DNA of 63,986 nucleotides, the filler included, from Phoronis australis (Eukaryota > Animalia > Phoronida), in NCBI GenBank assembly GCA_002633005.1. It is 8 parts of 8 records of this genome, joined end to end, with 100 filler letters (N's around TTAATTAATTAA, not from the genome) between each part and the next. Parts side by side here need not be neighbours in the genome. Positions count along the whole stretch, not along the records: positions 50,762 to 53,361 come from NMRA01003567.1; positions 53,462 to 59,995 come from NMRA01001667.1; positions 60,096 to 63,986 come from NMRA01002786.1; 5 more parts are not named here. One strand, 5' to 3'. This document shows positions 52,670-63,986 of this stretch, piece after piece. Positions within the stretch are counted from its first letter, which is position 1; each line of letters starts with the position of its first letter. The position numbers and the translations under genes are program-made. Under the pieces are notes generated by a model. That model ran no database searches. It was not told the DNA's origin and was given only the letters and a program-made list of their open reading frames with translations.

Positions 52670-54780
52670 CTGAAAATTTTTTAAAAATTATTCAAGGTTA
52701 CGAGTATCATACAAGTGAACATGTTCTAAAATTGACTTGGCCTAAAGAAATAATGGAAGTCTAAATTGTTACCGAGCCCAGGGGTCACTTCAAAACTGAG
52801 TAAGTAACAACTGAAGGTAAGTACACGCTTCTAGTGGTAAATGGCCAAGATCAAAACTTGTTTTTAAAAGAAAGCATGGGATTAAATGATGCCATCGAAC
52901 AATTAAGAGTACTATACAGCATGAAATACGTATTTGACATCCTTGAATGATGCTGGAGATGACAATGGTCTGGCGTTATCTATGAATAGGCTCAAAGTCT
53001 TCATATTGTCGATCTACTGCTGCGTGCAACAGTTCATTAGCTTTCCCACTACCCGTTTTGTTAAATTGGCTCTATAGGGTAACAGTTTCATTGGAATGTG
53101 CTCAAGAACACATCACAGAGAATCCATTGCTCACTAGTCCCCTAGCAAAGGGCTTCTTACCAGATTGGCTTGGGGCTTTTCAGGGACGGACACAAGTTAC
53201 TGTGGAGAGACGTGATCTGGGTACAATTGTCGGAACAATCCATTCACACGCAATCAAAAGCGAACGGTATTTTTTCACTTATTTGGCACACAAGTGAAAT
53301 TCTATTTTGTCAAATTTTCCACAAAAATAAAGATTAACAAAAATTTTACTCCAGTACTAGCNNNNNNNNNNNNNNNNNNNNNNNNNNNNNNNNNNNNNNN
53401 NNNNNTTAATTAATTAANNNNNNNNNNNNNNNNNNNNNNNNNNNNNNNNNNNNNNNNNNNNCACACACACACACACACACACACACACTCAAACACACAA
53501 TCCTTAGTGACATCAGCGGTTGTACTACTCTTTTTTGAAGGCGTTGACGTTAGCACCCTGAAAGACTCGTCGTGTGGCTACAGTTCAACTGTAAAAAATC
53601 AAACACATATTTGGTAGGCTAAATCTCACGAATGAGTCAAGAAAAACGGAGAAATATAAGTAACAATCAACCAGGGTCCGTATAATTCTAAAGTTATTGA
53701 CATAACACAGTTACTTGAACAACTATGCCGAGAAAAAAGGGTGTGTTCATGATCGCTTTTTTGCGTTCACGATCGCCATAGACAATTAACAACTTCGTTT
53801 CCAGATCGCCATCTCAGACAAAGACTTGCATGTATTGGTTATTATCTCAAATTCTTTCACAAATCATAACCAACAAAGGTGTCACCAGGGACAATTAAAC
53901 TATAAACGCCAAACGTCTATACAGTACATAAGAACTCTGGACAAGTAGAAATTGTCTATTTTACGAGGCGCAAGGCATTTTACCGAAAGCCATTGCGTTC
54001 TGCGCTCATTATGTTAAAAAGCAAAAGCTAAATATTATTTCAGAACCACAACAAAGACTAAACTGTAACGCTTTTCTGTGTGTTGCATTAGTATCAAAGT
54101 ATCCTCTATTTAAGAAGAAAATGACACTTAAACTCACTGGGTAAGTTACCGGCATCTGCCATTTTTGGTGCAAGGTCATCGTTCTCGATCGCTTTCCGGC
54201 CGTTCTCGATCGCGGGTTGGCCGGCGGGGCGTTCAACTGCGAGTTTGCTGCCAGAAGTTTATTTTTATTGTCCATAATAAATTCCGTTCATTTTGAACAC
54301 ATTTGATTGAGTTTTGAAACACCAGCAGCTGGGAAAAAGTATTTAATTCACTTGAATGGCTTTCGTTCAAATGTTTTTCATGAATTTTTTTAAGTGAAAA
54401 GAAGCACAAAGCGTATCTTTAAAACGCGCAGTAATAGATACAGTTTATTACTGTTACTATTTACTTAAAAGTAGATAAAAGGGACATAGAGATTTCATGC
54501 CAGTATGACGAAATACAACGTATATGAAAGTGTAAGACTGAGTGTATATGGACAAGACCAACTGCTCCAACGAACTGTGTCCAAGTTATGCGAAAATTTA
54601 ACTGACCGTAAAATCTCCACAACGAATTGTATTTTATCACTTCTTCCATGAAAGATTGGTGGCACTAACTGTATTGATTTTGCACAGTCAATGTCTGTAA
54701 CATAACTAACCTTAGACACTATTTTGGAAATATACGGGCATTTACAACAACTTTAGAAGTCCTTGAAAAACGAAACCTTA

Positions 54781-55344
54781 TTAAATTTAGTAAAGATCAT
54801 GCACACGGTTTAGGAGATACAGCCCTATGCGCAAAAAAAAACTGCCACTAGGAGGCGCCACAGTAGTCAAAGTCGTCGGAAAATCATCGTCAGCTGTCGA
54901 CTTTATAGTAAGAACATACGAGCAAATTTTCACAATCATCCCTTGAGCGGTTTGGTTGATAGAGGGCTGGACGCAAAAAAAAGACTCGAAAACAGTAAAA
55001 ATGGCCACCAGGTGGCGCAAACTACATCGAATCCATCAGAAAACAGGAGTATGGCTTCACCTCACTAATAGGTGCCTATATACCAAATTTTATGAAAATC
55101 CCTTCAGAACTTTTGAAGATACAGCGGTAAACGTAAAAAACTAAAATTGCCACTAGGGGGCACACCGGTAGTCGGATCCGTCCGAAAGTTCCCTCATGCC
55201 GTCCCATCCACGGAAGGAACACATGTGCAAAATTTCATGACCATACTGTACGTCAAAGGCGTTTTGGAGATAGAGCAGCGGACGCCGGATGGACGGAGAT
55301 GACTGCATAATGCGTCCACATATAAATATATGGGCGCATAAAAA
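54781..55344. mobile_element. Partial HINE/DINE-1-like element
   Basis: Three monomers, GGAC repeats, terminal hairpin ATGCGTCCACATAT-AA-ATATATGGGCGCAT then AAAAA. Confidence 0.8.
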
Positions 55345-55607
55345 TTCTCTTAACTATTTTGACACCAATGTTAGGCTAAAATGCCTTTGGTCACGGTCGA
55401 CAGAAATGTATTCTTATATTCTTATTATAAAGCAGGGCCCCAACACTAACACACATCGATGATTCTTTATTTTTCAAAAACTGATTAATTTTTTGCAACT
55501 GATAAGGAACTTTACCAAATTCGATACTTAAAAACCATAAGTCCTCTTATAAGCCACATGTCAGTCACACCACATGACCTATACTTACGAAGCCTGAAAA
55601 GTGATCT

Positions 55608-55681
55608 GACCTGACTGCGGTTCAAACGCCGACTTTCTGCTAAACATGCAGACTCTATAGTCCACTAAACTACAGGGACCA
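55608..55681 (-). mobile_element. Degenerate tRNA-derived SINE head
   Basis: Minus strand GGTCCCTGTAGTTTAGTGG ... GTTTGAACCGCAGTCAGGTC (A/B-box-like). Confidence 0.4.
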
Positions 55682-56539
55682 CGGGTATATTAACCAATTC
55701 CTATCAGACATACTAAGAGGCATCTTACCTAATCTTGGGAGTGCAAGTACCAGAGCGCCTCCACACTGAGTCATCAGAAAGCCAAGCTCCAGTGAGAGAC
55801 AGACACCTTTTCAGACTTAACTATAGGTAACGTGATCTGACCAACACATGGAGCGTAAGAATGTCCAATAACTCTATAACACCAAACCAAAGCACAGATT
55901 TATAACAGCACAATTAGCTAAAACATGTTGATAACGTTTTACAAAGCCTATATAATACAACCCAAGCTACATGTAACAATAGATCAAACAGTTGCCAATC
56001 ACTTCAATGCAAATTTTGACAAAATAAAAGTTTACTTGTCTGTCATATTGCCTGGTAAAATTGGTGAAGAATTACAGTGGCTTCATGGCAAGATGAGGCA
56101 AGGAAGGAAATGCAGCCACGCCATACACATACACAGCAAGACACTACAGCATGCGAGGCAGTGAGAAATATAATGCTATTAACTATTAAAGCAGGGCATC
56201 CACGTGTTAACTTTATGACCACTTTAACTTGCACAGCAAGTTAAAATTAAGTTGAATTTTTCACTTGAGATTACTGTAGGAGGGTTTATGTGAACTTCAC
56301 GTTTCATTCAAAGCTGTTGTGAATCTCAGAGAGAAGTCATAAACTAAATATTTGTGAACTGCACTGCGTGTACAATGGCACATCCTACGGTTCTCACAAG
56401 TGGAATATCACCAAGCTCAGAGTTAGTGCAATGGAAATTCCTCAGGAGTCCCTTATGTGGACAGAGTTTCTTGCTAGAAAAGCAATATCACAGATTGCAG
56501 CCCTGCGTAAGTCACTCTCCATTAGTCACTCCCACTTAG

Positions 56540-57310
56540 TCACTCCCACTTAGTCACTAAAGTTGATGCATTCCTTCTGTTATAACTTTCTAGTTTCTTC
56601 TCCTGGGGGCTCTTTGGTCGAGTGTCCCACGGGCTCTCTCTGTTAGGGCAACTGGCTGGTCGGGCACTCCGCCTAGTGGCATCTTGGTGAATCAGTCGAT
56701 TGATTCCCGTTCCTTTCTGGTACTTCTCATAGATGTCATTTGCCTCAGGCTTCACACGGGGTATTCTAGAAGACACGCCCACATTCCCATAGTTATGGAA
56801 CAGTGATGCCGTGGCCCGCCCCTTATGTCCGGCTGCAATACCCTCTGCTTCAGGTTTCATGCGTGGCACTGGGCGGGCCGACGGTGTCAGATCACCATAT
56901 TTAGTCAACAGATTATTCATGCCCCTCCCCTTATGGTTTTGAGCAATGTCTGCAGCCTCCGACTTGACAGTTCTCGGCGGATGCTTGGTTTGCACTTTCA
57001 TGGGCCGGTGCTCAGAGCCTGCGCCAATATACTGACTCATGCAGCCCCTTGACTTCTCTAGGCCTTTCCTCGCCACTGAGGTTGGAGCCCGTGCCACCGG
57101 CCGGCTAGTTTCATACTTGGCTTCCAAATTGTCATCAACACGCAACCATCTCCCCATTGAGCCACGGCTCTTCAGAGCAATGGCCTCTGCTTCCGGCTTT
57201 ACTCTGGCCACGGGGGGAGGAGAGTATAGCGGAGCCTCGTCGTCATACATCGGGTGGTTGGGTATGGTGCGATGGGTTGTGGGTGTTATTGAACGACCAA
57301 TCTTGGGCAT
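56540..57310 (-). CDS. Uncharacterised basic 256-aa protein with five internal repeats (single coding exon)
   Basis: Longest real ORF in window, GC-richer than flanks, in-frame stop just upstream of ATG, splice acceptor TTTTTCAG at ~57379 for a 5'UTR intron, protein-level repeats with diverged codons. Confidence 0.85.
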   Translation of the reverse strand: MPKIGRSITPTTHRTIPNHPMYDDEAPLYSPPPVARVKPEAEAIALKSRGSMGRWLRVDDNLEAKYETSRPVARAPTSVARKGLEKSRGCMSQYIGAGSEHRPMKVQTKHPPRTVKSEAADIAQNHKGRGMNNLLTKYGDLTPSARPVPRMKPEAEGIAAGHKGRATASLFHNYGNVGVSSRIPRVKPEANDIYEKYQKGTGINRLIHQDATRRSARPASCPNRESPWDTRPKSPQEKKLESYNRRNASTLVTKWE

Positions 57311-59774
57311 GGGTGGTCACTGTAGAAAGCAGGTAGCATATCTTCACATCTTTGTCTGCTTTCACTTTTCTTCATCCTGAAAAACACATGATGAATAAAT
57401 AAGCATTACACTTCTGTCATAGTCATTTATGTAGTCAATCAACTAATAATGAAGTGCACAGTGAAAATAAGGGTTACTTTACCATGGAGCAAAAATCTGA
57501 TTCCTTTGTAGCCACTGTATTGATGTCATCTACTTTTGTCAAAAACCTTGGTTTAGTGAATTTAAGGAAACAATATGAAACACAGAAACTACAATGCCTT
57601 TTCACTTTGCCACTAAGCACAGCACAAGCAGTCACGCCAAAATACCAATGAAAGGCTCAGTGTTCAAATAAGACAGTTGTCTATCAGGATTTACTTTGAA
57701 GGTTCTGCCATACTAGTGTGGTTTACTACCTCATACTAATTTACCTCTCATATTCACAATACAACTGTTCTAACATTATAGTGTGTGATGGTATAGCCTA
57801 GACTCAGGGATCCACTACATCCTACTACTTTACAGGCGGGTTAAGTGTCTAACTATATTTGACCAGCGCAAATACAGCTTTCTATCAGTACCATGCCCCA
57901 ACCCGGATCGGATGACAATGTATACACAACGCTATGTCTATGAATTCACGTCACAAGGTACTTGCTTTTCTGAGGCTTGGTTAAAAAAGCTACTGGAAGT
58001 TTATCTCAATCTTTTCCGGACAAAGATAACCACTGAGAGTCACAGTCCCGTTTTTCGGAGATTGTCTGGTTCCCTAGTCTAAATGAGTCTAAACCAAGGT
58101 CTTTTATAACCGACCAGCATGGGCGTCACACTCACAGCACTGAAATAAGAGGAGGTTGTAATTTAAATAGCTAGGCGAGTGGTCCCGACGGGGCCGACAC
58201 AGAGGATATGTTCCGTTAGATAGGGAACTGGATCTGAAACTTCTGGTAGTTCGCTTGTATCCTTACGGGCGATAAAATTCCATAGCGCTATGTCAAAGAA
58301 AATTGCCCACATCTTCTTACCATTTGACAGAAAATATCCCCCTCTTATCGCAACCGACGTTACCAAGAGAAGGAACGCGTTAGTTCTAGAATTATCCGCT
58401 AGGAATACAATTGCCGCGTCACCTATTGAGTGTCATGTGTACCTCAATTGCGAAAAGGGTAGGAGCGGCTGTGTACATGTAGCAATCAACCTACGAAAAC
58501 AGCCGAGAAAAGAAAAACAGCGGAACGTTAACCGTAGAGAATTTTTTATTTAATGAAATATTTTTTGAACTACCTTTCAAGACATTTTCTGATAGGGAGT
58601 CCACGTTTTTTTCTAGTTGAAGACATTTAAGGCCCCCTTGAAAACCCGCTCTATTCCGGCAAAAAATCCAAGAAAACTTGTTATGCATAGATTTTCTGGA
58701 GGAGGTTGATTCAGCCGGATTCTTAAACTCCGAAAAATATAATTTTTAAGTAATATAAAAATCTATTTATTCAGGGACCCCACTCCGGCAAGGCGGGTAA
58801 GCCAATAATGAAGTCGCTCAATCTCTTTCTCTCGGCTTTCAAGTAGTCTTTCCGGCGAATCATGATCTTTGATTGTGAACCTGGCTGTGCGCAGAGGGGC
58901 CCTGATGCTGATGCTCATTTTCTGTTTCTTATCTTTTCATATTTAGGGGCGAGCCCTCGGAGGAGACCCTTTGATGTATCATAACCACCCGCCTTTCCTG
59001 TTTTTATAAATATCACTCGAAGGGAGGTCCTCGGCCAACCATTCCCGCGTTTTGTTCCCGCCCCGTTCAGTAACTTTCCCAGACGTGAGGGGTGCTGAAC
59101 GTGCAATAACATCTAGCTCTTTTGTTAACTGCCCAGCTCAGTCTTTTGTCCCGTTTGATCATAACGCTAAACCCTCGTGAGAGACCGCCCCGAGTTGGCT
59201 GCTGGAGCAACTCGGGGCGGTCTGGGATCAAGCGGAAAAACCACAGGGTAAATCTGTGGTCGACGAATCTATTCGGTCGATTACATTTTATTGCCCGTGA
59301 AGCCGCTAAGGGCTGCCTGAAGAAATATGACTCGCGCGTTTGTATTTTCGCCTTTTTCAATGACATGTAAAAGATTCATCAACAAATTCCTCGTAAAATT
59401 CTGAAAACAAGCGTTTTTCTCCCACTAAAATCGATGAAGTTTTGGCCGAGATAGTTCACTTTCAGTCCAGGCTAGCCCTGCACACTCGGAGAATCGTCAC
59501 ACAAGATTACTACGCGGTAATGCGGTTTCACTGTCAACAAAGGAAGACGTCAAAATCGACTTATAATTGTCATTTTTAAACTATTTGCATGTTAAATTAT
59601 CAAAATGTAAGTAAGATCGTACTCTATATTTTAACAAGAAAACAGCAATTTCATTTTGGTGAACATGTCTGTAAGGACCTAACTCGCGCATGGTGGTGAG
59701 TAGTGAGTCCGGCCAACACGTGAGGATGGCTGTGTTGTTGTTTTTGCTCTCAACTCAAAAGTAGCCGTTTCAAA

Positions 59775-59981
59775 ATGGAAGATGGACAGAAAATGCAGGC
59801 AGTTGACGAAAACGGCCATTGGAAGGAAGCAATTGAGCGGGGAGTAAATGACAGCGCTGGGAATTCACGTCGGTTTTCCTGGATGGCCGTCTGAGTTTGA
59901 CCAGCTCGTCGAGCCGTGATTCGTGAGAGGCTGAGCCGATCGACTACTTCGGGCTCGGTACCTGGACCTGGTGAAGAAAAA
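59775..59981 (+). pseudogene. Frameshifted Tudor-knot/chromo-barrel-like first exon
   Basis: MEDGQKMQAVDENGHWKEA.. /frameshift/ HVGFPGWPSEFDQLVEP*; ends at GTAAGT. Confidence 0.3.
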
Positions 59982-60186
59982 CGTAAGTATTTTTTNNNNN
60001 NNNNNNNNNNNNNNNNNNNNNNNNNNNNNNNNNNNNNNNTTAATTAATTAANNNNNNNNNNNNNNNNNNNNNNNNNNNNNNNNNNNNNNNNNNNNTTCAT
60101 TTACTAGGTACATTACAATTATCTCTCGTTTTCTGTTAAGTCCAGACAACTGCAGTTTCCAAATCCAGGTATCATTCCAGTTTATT

Positions 60187-60237
60187 GTTACTGAAGTGTT
60201 ACTGAAGTGTTACTGAAGTGTTACTGAAGTGTTACTG
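60187..60237. repeat. 11-bp tandem repeat GTTACTGAAGT x4.5
   Basis: Direct observation. Confidence 0.9.
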
Positions 60238-60834
60238 CACTCATTTATTTGTCTGCGTCATTTGCATGCTAATCATCTATCTTCCACACTTCTAAGAATT
60301 ATTTCAGCCAGTGTTTTACTGCCATCAAGTCCTGACACATGAAGTTATTGTTCGGCTCTGCACAATAATAACTTGCATCAGTGTTGGTTATAATGAGAGT
60401 TATACAAATGTATTTAAGGAAGTATGTAATTTATAATAATGATTGGATATGGCAAACCAATTCTGTTGGGACTATGCTTTGTGGTCATCTCACAACAAAT
60501 GATTTCACATAATTATAATCTCAAGTTGTAGCTTCAAATTAAGTACTTTGCTTATGTGTTCAAATATATATGCCTTCTTAGTGGATCTGCTAAGTGATTA
60601 AAATGTGACCAGATTCTGCGCAAGAGAACTTTTCAGTAGAAATGTGTAGTACGATGATTGTTTTTAGTGTTCGTTAAATTAATTTGTATTGTCTCCGTTA
60701 TGGTTGTAAACTCCAGAAATATAACGAGTATGATTGTGGTCGCTGTTTCCGTGGTGTGCCCTCATGTTACTGATGGATAATGTTATAGGGCCAAGTTATG
60801 ATTGCTCAATCCATATAGTTTTATCTAATTTCAG

Positions 60835-60930
60835 GATGTCCATCTTCATATAGTCGACATGGGTGTGCCTCGACAGGTGGTGGCATTTGCTAAACAATTT
60901 TGTGACACTGGCAACTCATTAAATGTGCTG
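60835..60930 (+). CDS. DHRS12: Short-chain dehydrogenase/reductase DHRS12-like exon
   Basis: DVHLHIVDMGVPRQVVAFAKQFCDTGNSLNVL; TTTCAG/GTAAGG sites. Confidence 0.88.
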
Positions 60931-61174
60931 GTAAGGATTTCTGAATAATACATTGTACTTAATTTTTACTCCTTCGTTCTTCCAATCTCAAAATTCTTTG
61001 ATATTCAGTATACCGGTGTTCTCTATACTTTACACACTACCTCAGTAAACTTGTCACTGGCGACTTTTTATCCAAGTGGTGTCTTATCCCCATGTTTTGG
61101 GCATTTATTGGTCCTAAGGAAAGGTAGCGCTGTGTGTAGACTGACAATTAATACTATAGTGAGTTAAGCTAGCT

Positions 61175-61775
61175 TGTATAAGGAATTGTTTTTAGTTGTC
61201 AAGTGTTAAAAGTAATGTTAGTAGTACCATGTATACTTTGTTTGAAAAACAGGTAAAGTTTCTTCAAATAAAGGCTCCAAAGTTTGAAGGTCCTCTTAAT
61301 TAGTAGGGAGTTGAACGTCACCTAGGTTACGGTAAAATCTCTCCAATTTACTGAGAAGCACACAATGTGACGGACAAGTGAAATTTTATTTTCGTATGTG
61401 GCTTCAAATTATTGTTACCATGTTCCAGTTTTGTACCATTATAGCAGCCATCAGAAAATATATACTGGCCATCAGAGAATATATAGCCTGTATAGGGAAA
61501 TGTTTTTAGTTGTCAAAGATGTGTTTTAAATTTAGTACCATGTATACTTTATTTAAAAACAGGTAAAGTTCTTTCGTATAAAGTCTTCAAAGTTAGAGGG
61601 TTCTCTTAAGTACAGAGTCGAAGGACAAATGGGTTACGATAAAACGTATGTCACCTATTTACTAAGTAGCACACAATATGGCAAGCAACTGAAATTTTAT
61701 TTTCTTAATTTTTTCATAAAAGATATTTAGCATTAAATTCTTGACTTGTGTTCAAACTACCATCAGAAAATATTT
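61175..61775. repeat. Diverged ~310-bp tandem duplication in DHRS12 intron
   Basis: TGTTTTTAGTTGTCAA..AGTACCATGTATACTTT..AAAACAGGTAAAGTT..AGCACACAAT..TGAAATTTTATTTT present twice. Confidence 0.8.
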
Positions 61776-62288
61776 TGAAAAAATATGAGCTTTCACTGCA
61801 GTGTTGGAAGACCTTGGAAAATGAAGAATAGGTACTTCTGTCAATTGTTTTTGTCTGTGATTGATGAGTTTTTACTGTATGGTCTGATGCTCAAAAATGT
61901 TAATCAGTACTTTCCATTCATTGTGCACATGTCGTGCTGTGTGGAGAAGATACGAAAGTGCAAATGAGTTACATAATGCTGATAGTTTGGCTAATTAGCT
62001 GCATTCTAATCACATTGTTATATTTATTAGGTATAGCACTAAACTGAGTGAAGGCAATATATTGGTTCATGGATGTTGAGCTGGTTTCTTATCCCATCGT
62101 ATGGATCAGTGCTTATTAATACAAACATTTTGTAAAGCGAGATATTCTTTCAGGCAATTATTTGCATTATGTAAATTTTGAGCGAGCGGCTGGTAAATAT
62201 CTAACTATGCTTCTCTATTGTTAAAGGGCAGTAATTATTAATACGCCTTCCTTGAATCCTGGATAATGTTTTGAATAATGTTTTCCAG

Positions 62289-62370
62289 GTGAATAACGCT
62301 GGATGTATGCTGCACACGAGGGTGCATGATGCTGATGGCTTGGAAGCTAACTTTGCCACCAACACTTTAG
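62289..62370 (+). CDS. DHRS12: DHRS12-like exon with NNAG motif
   Basis: VNNAGCMLHTRVHDADGLEANFATNTL(G); TTCCAG/GTAGGA sites. Confidence 0.92.
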
Positions 62371-62623
62371 GTAGGACAGTGAAAAGAAAAAAATGCAAAT
62401 GGAATCTTTACTTTTTCACTGAGAAGCTTTTTTCATATAATTTTGGTCCGACCAAATGTGAGTTTAAAATGGTCAAATTAAACACTGGAGTGCTTCGGGT
62501 TTGCAATTTCAGATAGGCAAGCTTTTAATGCAATCTGTGGATTATACTTTGTTTGTAGTGAAATCCCTTGAAAGGCTTCTGATGTACCAAATGAACAATG
62601 AATACAAAGTGTGACCATTGCAG

Positions 62624-62884
62624 GTACCCATCTGTTGACCGTTTCCCTAATACCTGTCCTGTCCAAGAGTGACAAGCCTAGAGTGATCATTGTAAGCTCC
62701 GGTGGCATGCTGACCCAGAAACTTGACGTGTCAGACCTGCAGTGCAATAACAATAATTTCACTGACGGTACGATGATTTACGCCCAGAACAAGAGACAGC
62801 AGGTGATCATGACAGAAGAGTACGCCAAGAAATATTCCAATATACATTTTTCCAGCATGCATCCTGGTTGGGCTGATACTAAAG
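62624..62884 (+). CDS. DHRS12: DHRS12-like exon with catalytic YxxxK
   Basis: THLLTVSLIPVL..PRVIIVSSGGMLTQKLDVSDLQ..DGTMIYAQNKRQQVIMTE..HFSSMHPGWADTK; next exon not identified in window. Confidence 0.93.
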
Positions 62885-63986
62885 GTAGGTAGGAGTTTTA
62901 CAGTCCATGACAGAACCCTTCCTACACCCCGTTTACCAACCACCCGGGCCATGATGGTGGTTTGGTATACCACATGCACCCTAATAAGCGCCCTGGGCGC
63001 TTAGAAATAATCGCTTCATTAAGGGGTGTGCTTATTATAGCCCAAAAGTGATTGAAGCCCGGTCTCTGAAACGGGTGAAATAGTAAGCTAGAATTCATGA
63101 AATTAACGCCCTGTGACACATCTTTAAACTGTGACAGAGTTTCTGCAAAATTGCAGTGCATTGCTATCAAACTTAGTTGTTAAATTACGAGTATTTTTCA
63201 GACAAACCCAGTGCAAAAACTTTCCGACTAATGCGTCGCTGCATCGTGATCGCTGATAGGTCAACTTGAATTCTTGAGTAAAATATAGTTTCGACTCAAC
63301 AAATTACCTGAAGTCCTCCTTAAGTTTTCAAAATAGCGTCCCTAAGATTTTTAAGTTTCTGTGGAGTCTGGATTAACAGGATGTTAAGTCCAAATCTGTG
63401 CTAGAGAAAAATCTCTGGATACACACATGGTTTTGTCCCGTGATGTTTGTTTTGAAGTTCATCTGCATGTATGAGTGAGCGAGCGTGTGCATGTCATCAG
63501 AGTTCATTTGCCAGAGTAAATGCGATGTAACGATCTAGGTGTGCAACTAAAGAAATTAACACGAGCAGTAAAGCAGAACATGTTTTATTTAGCACTTGTT
63601 GATCTCATCTGCTAAAAACGTTCTAGAATTGTCTCGGTAAGGCCGATATTGAGTCGCAGGGTGACTGGATGCGTGACAGTCTGACAGCTATTTTTCGAGA
63701 GATTCAGGGGATGTAAGGGTGCGGAAGTGTTCACTATCAGTGGGTCATTTTGACTTTAAAAACACCAATTACGATTAATTTAATAATTCATCCTAAAAAT
63801 AACTCAAAGGTTTTTTACGTTATTAGAAACTTTCGGAATAAGCGCCAGTATTTATTTCTTGCTGATGCTATGCTACCCGTTTCACGAAAAGATAGTTCCC
63901 AAAGACTAATCTTCGATGAGAGGTACTTGTATGTAGCGCGCGCTTCCTGGCCACAAGTTTTAACAAAGGTCAAGTTTTTATTAGTC

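Noticed and set aside
53527-53557. GANVNAFKK ankyrin-like micro-exon on minus strand
   Set aside because: Only 9-10 codons, followed by a stop or weak donor; no supporting exons

Overview
Invertebrate-type metazoan genomic DNA, intron-rich and AT-rich. The window is not one contiguous locus. Eight pieces (1-24049, 24150-32621, 32722-38326, 38427-43687, 43788-50661, 50762-53361, 53462-59995, 60096-end) are joined by identical 100-nt spacers (44 N + TTAATTAATTAA + 44 N), and genes are cut off at these joins. Spliced genes reconstructed by hand: the C-terminal part of a NOX2/gp91phox-type NADPH oxidase (9 exons, minus), SMNDC1/SPF30 (minus), the FERM N-terminus of an ezrin/radixin/moesin gene (minus), part of DHRS12 (plus), one LRRCC1-like coiled-coil exon, and an intronless 256-aa repeat protein of unknown function. 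Mobile DNA: a Penelope-like element 3' end with a minimal hammerhead ribozyme inside a NOX intron; five copies of a Helentron-associated (HINE/DINE-1-like) element whose ~150-bp internal monomers carry CTCF-like motifs; a dead LINE; a probable KolobokP-like relic; TTAA- and 5-bp-TSD non-autonomous DNA transposons; tRNA-derived SINE heads; and several minisatellites. I found no convincing wholly new system. The most interesting items are the intronic hammerhead, the CTCF-motif-bearing HINE arrays, tandemly duplicated 5' splice sites in SMNDC1, a doubly palindromic AP-1-motif array, and the repeat protein.
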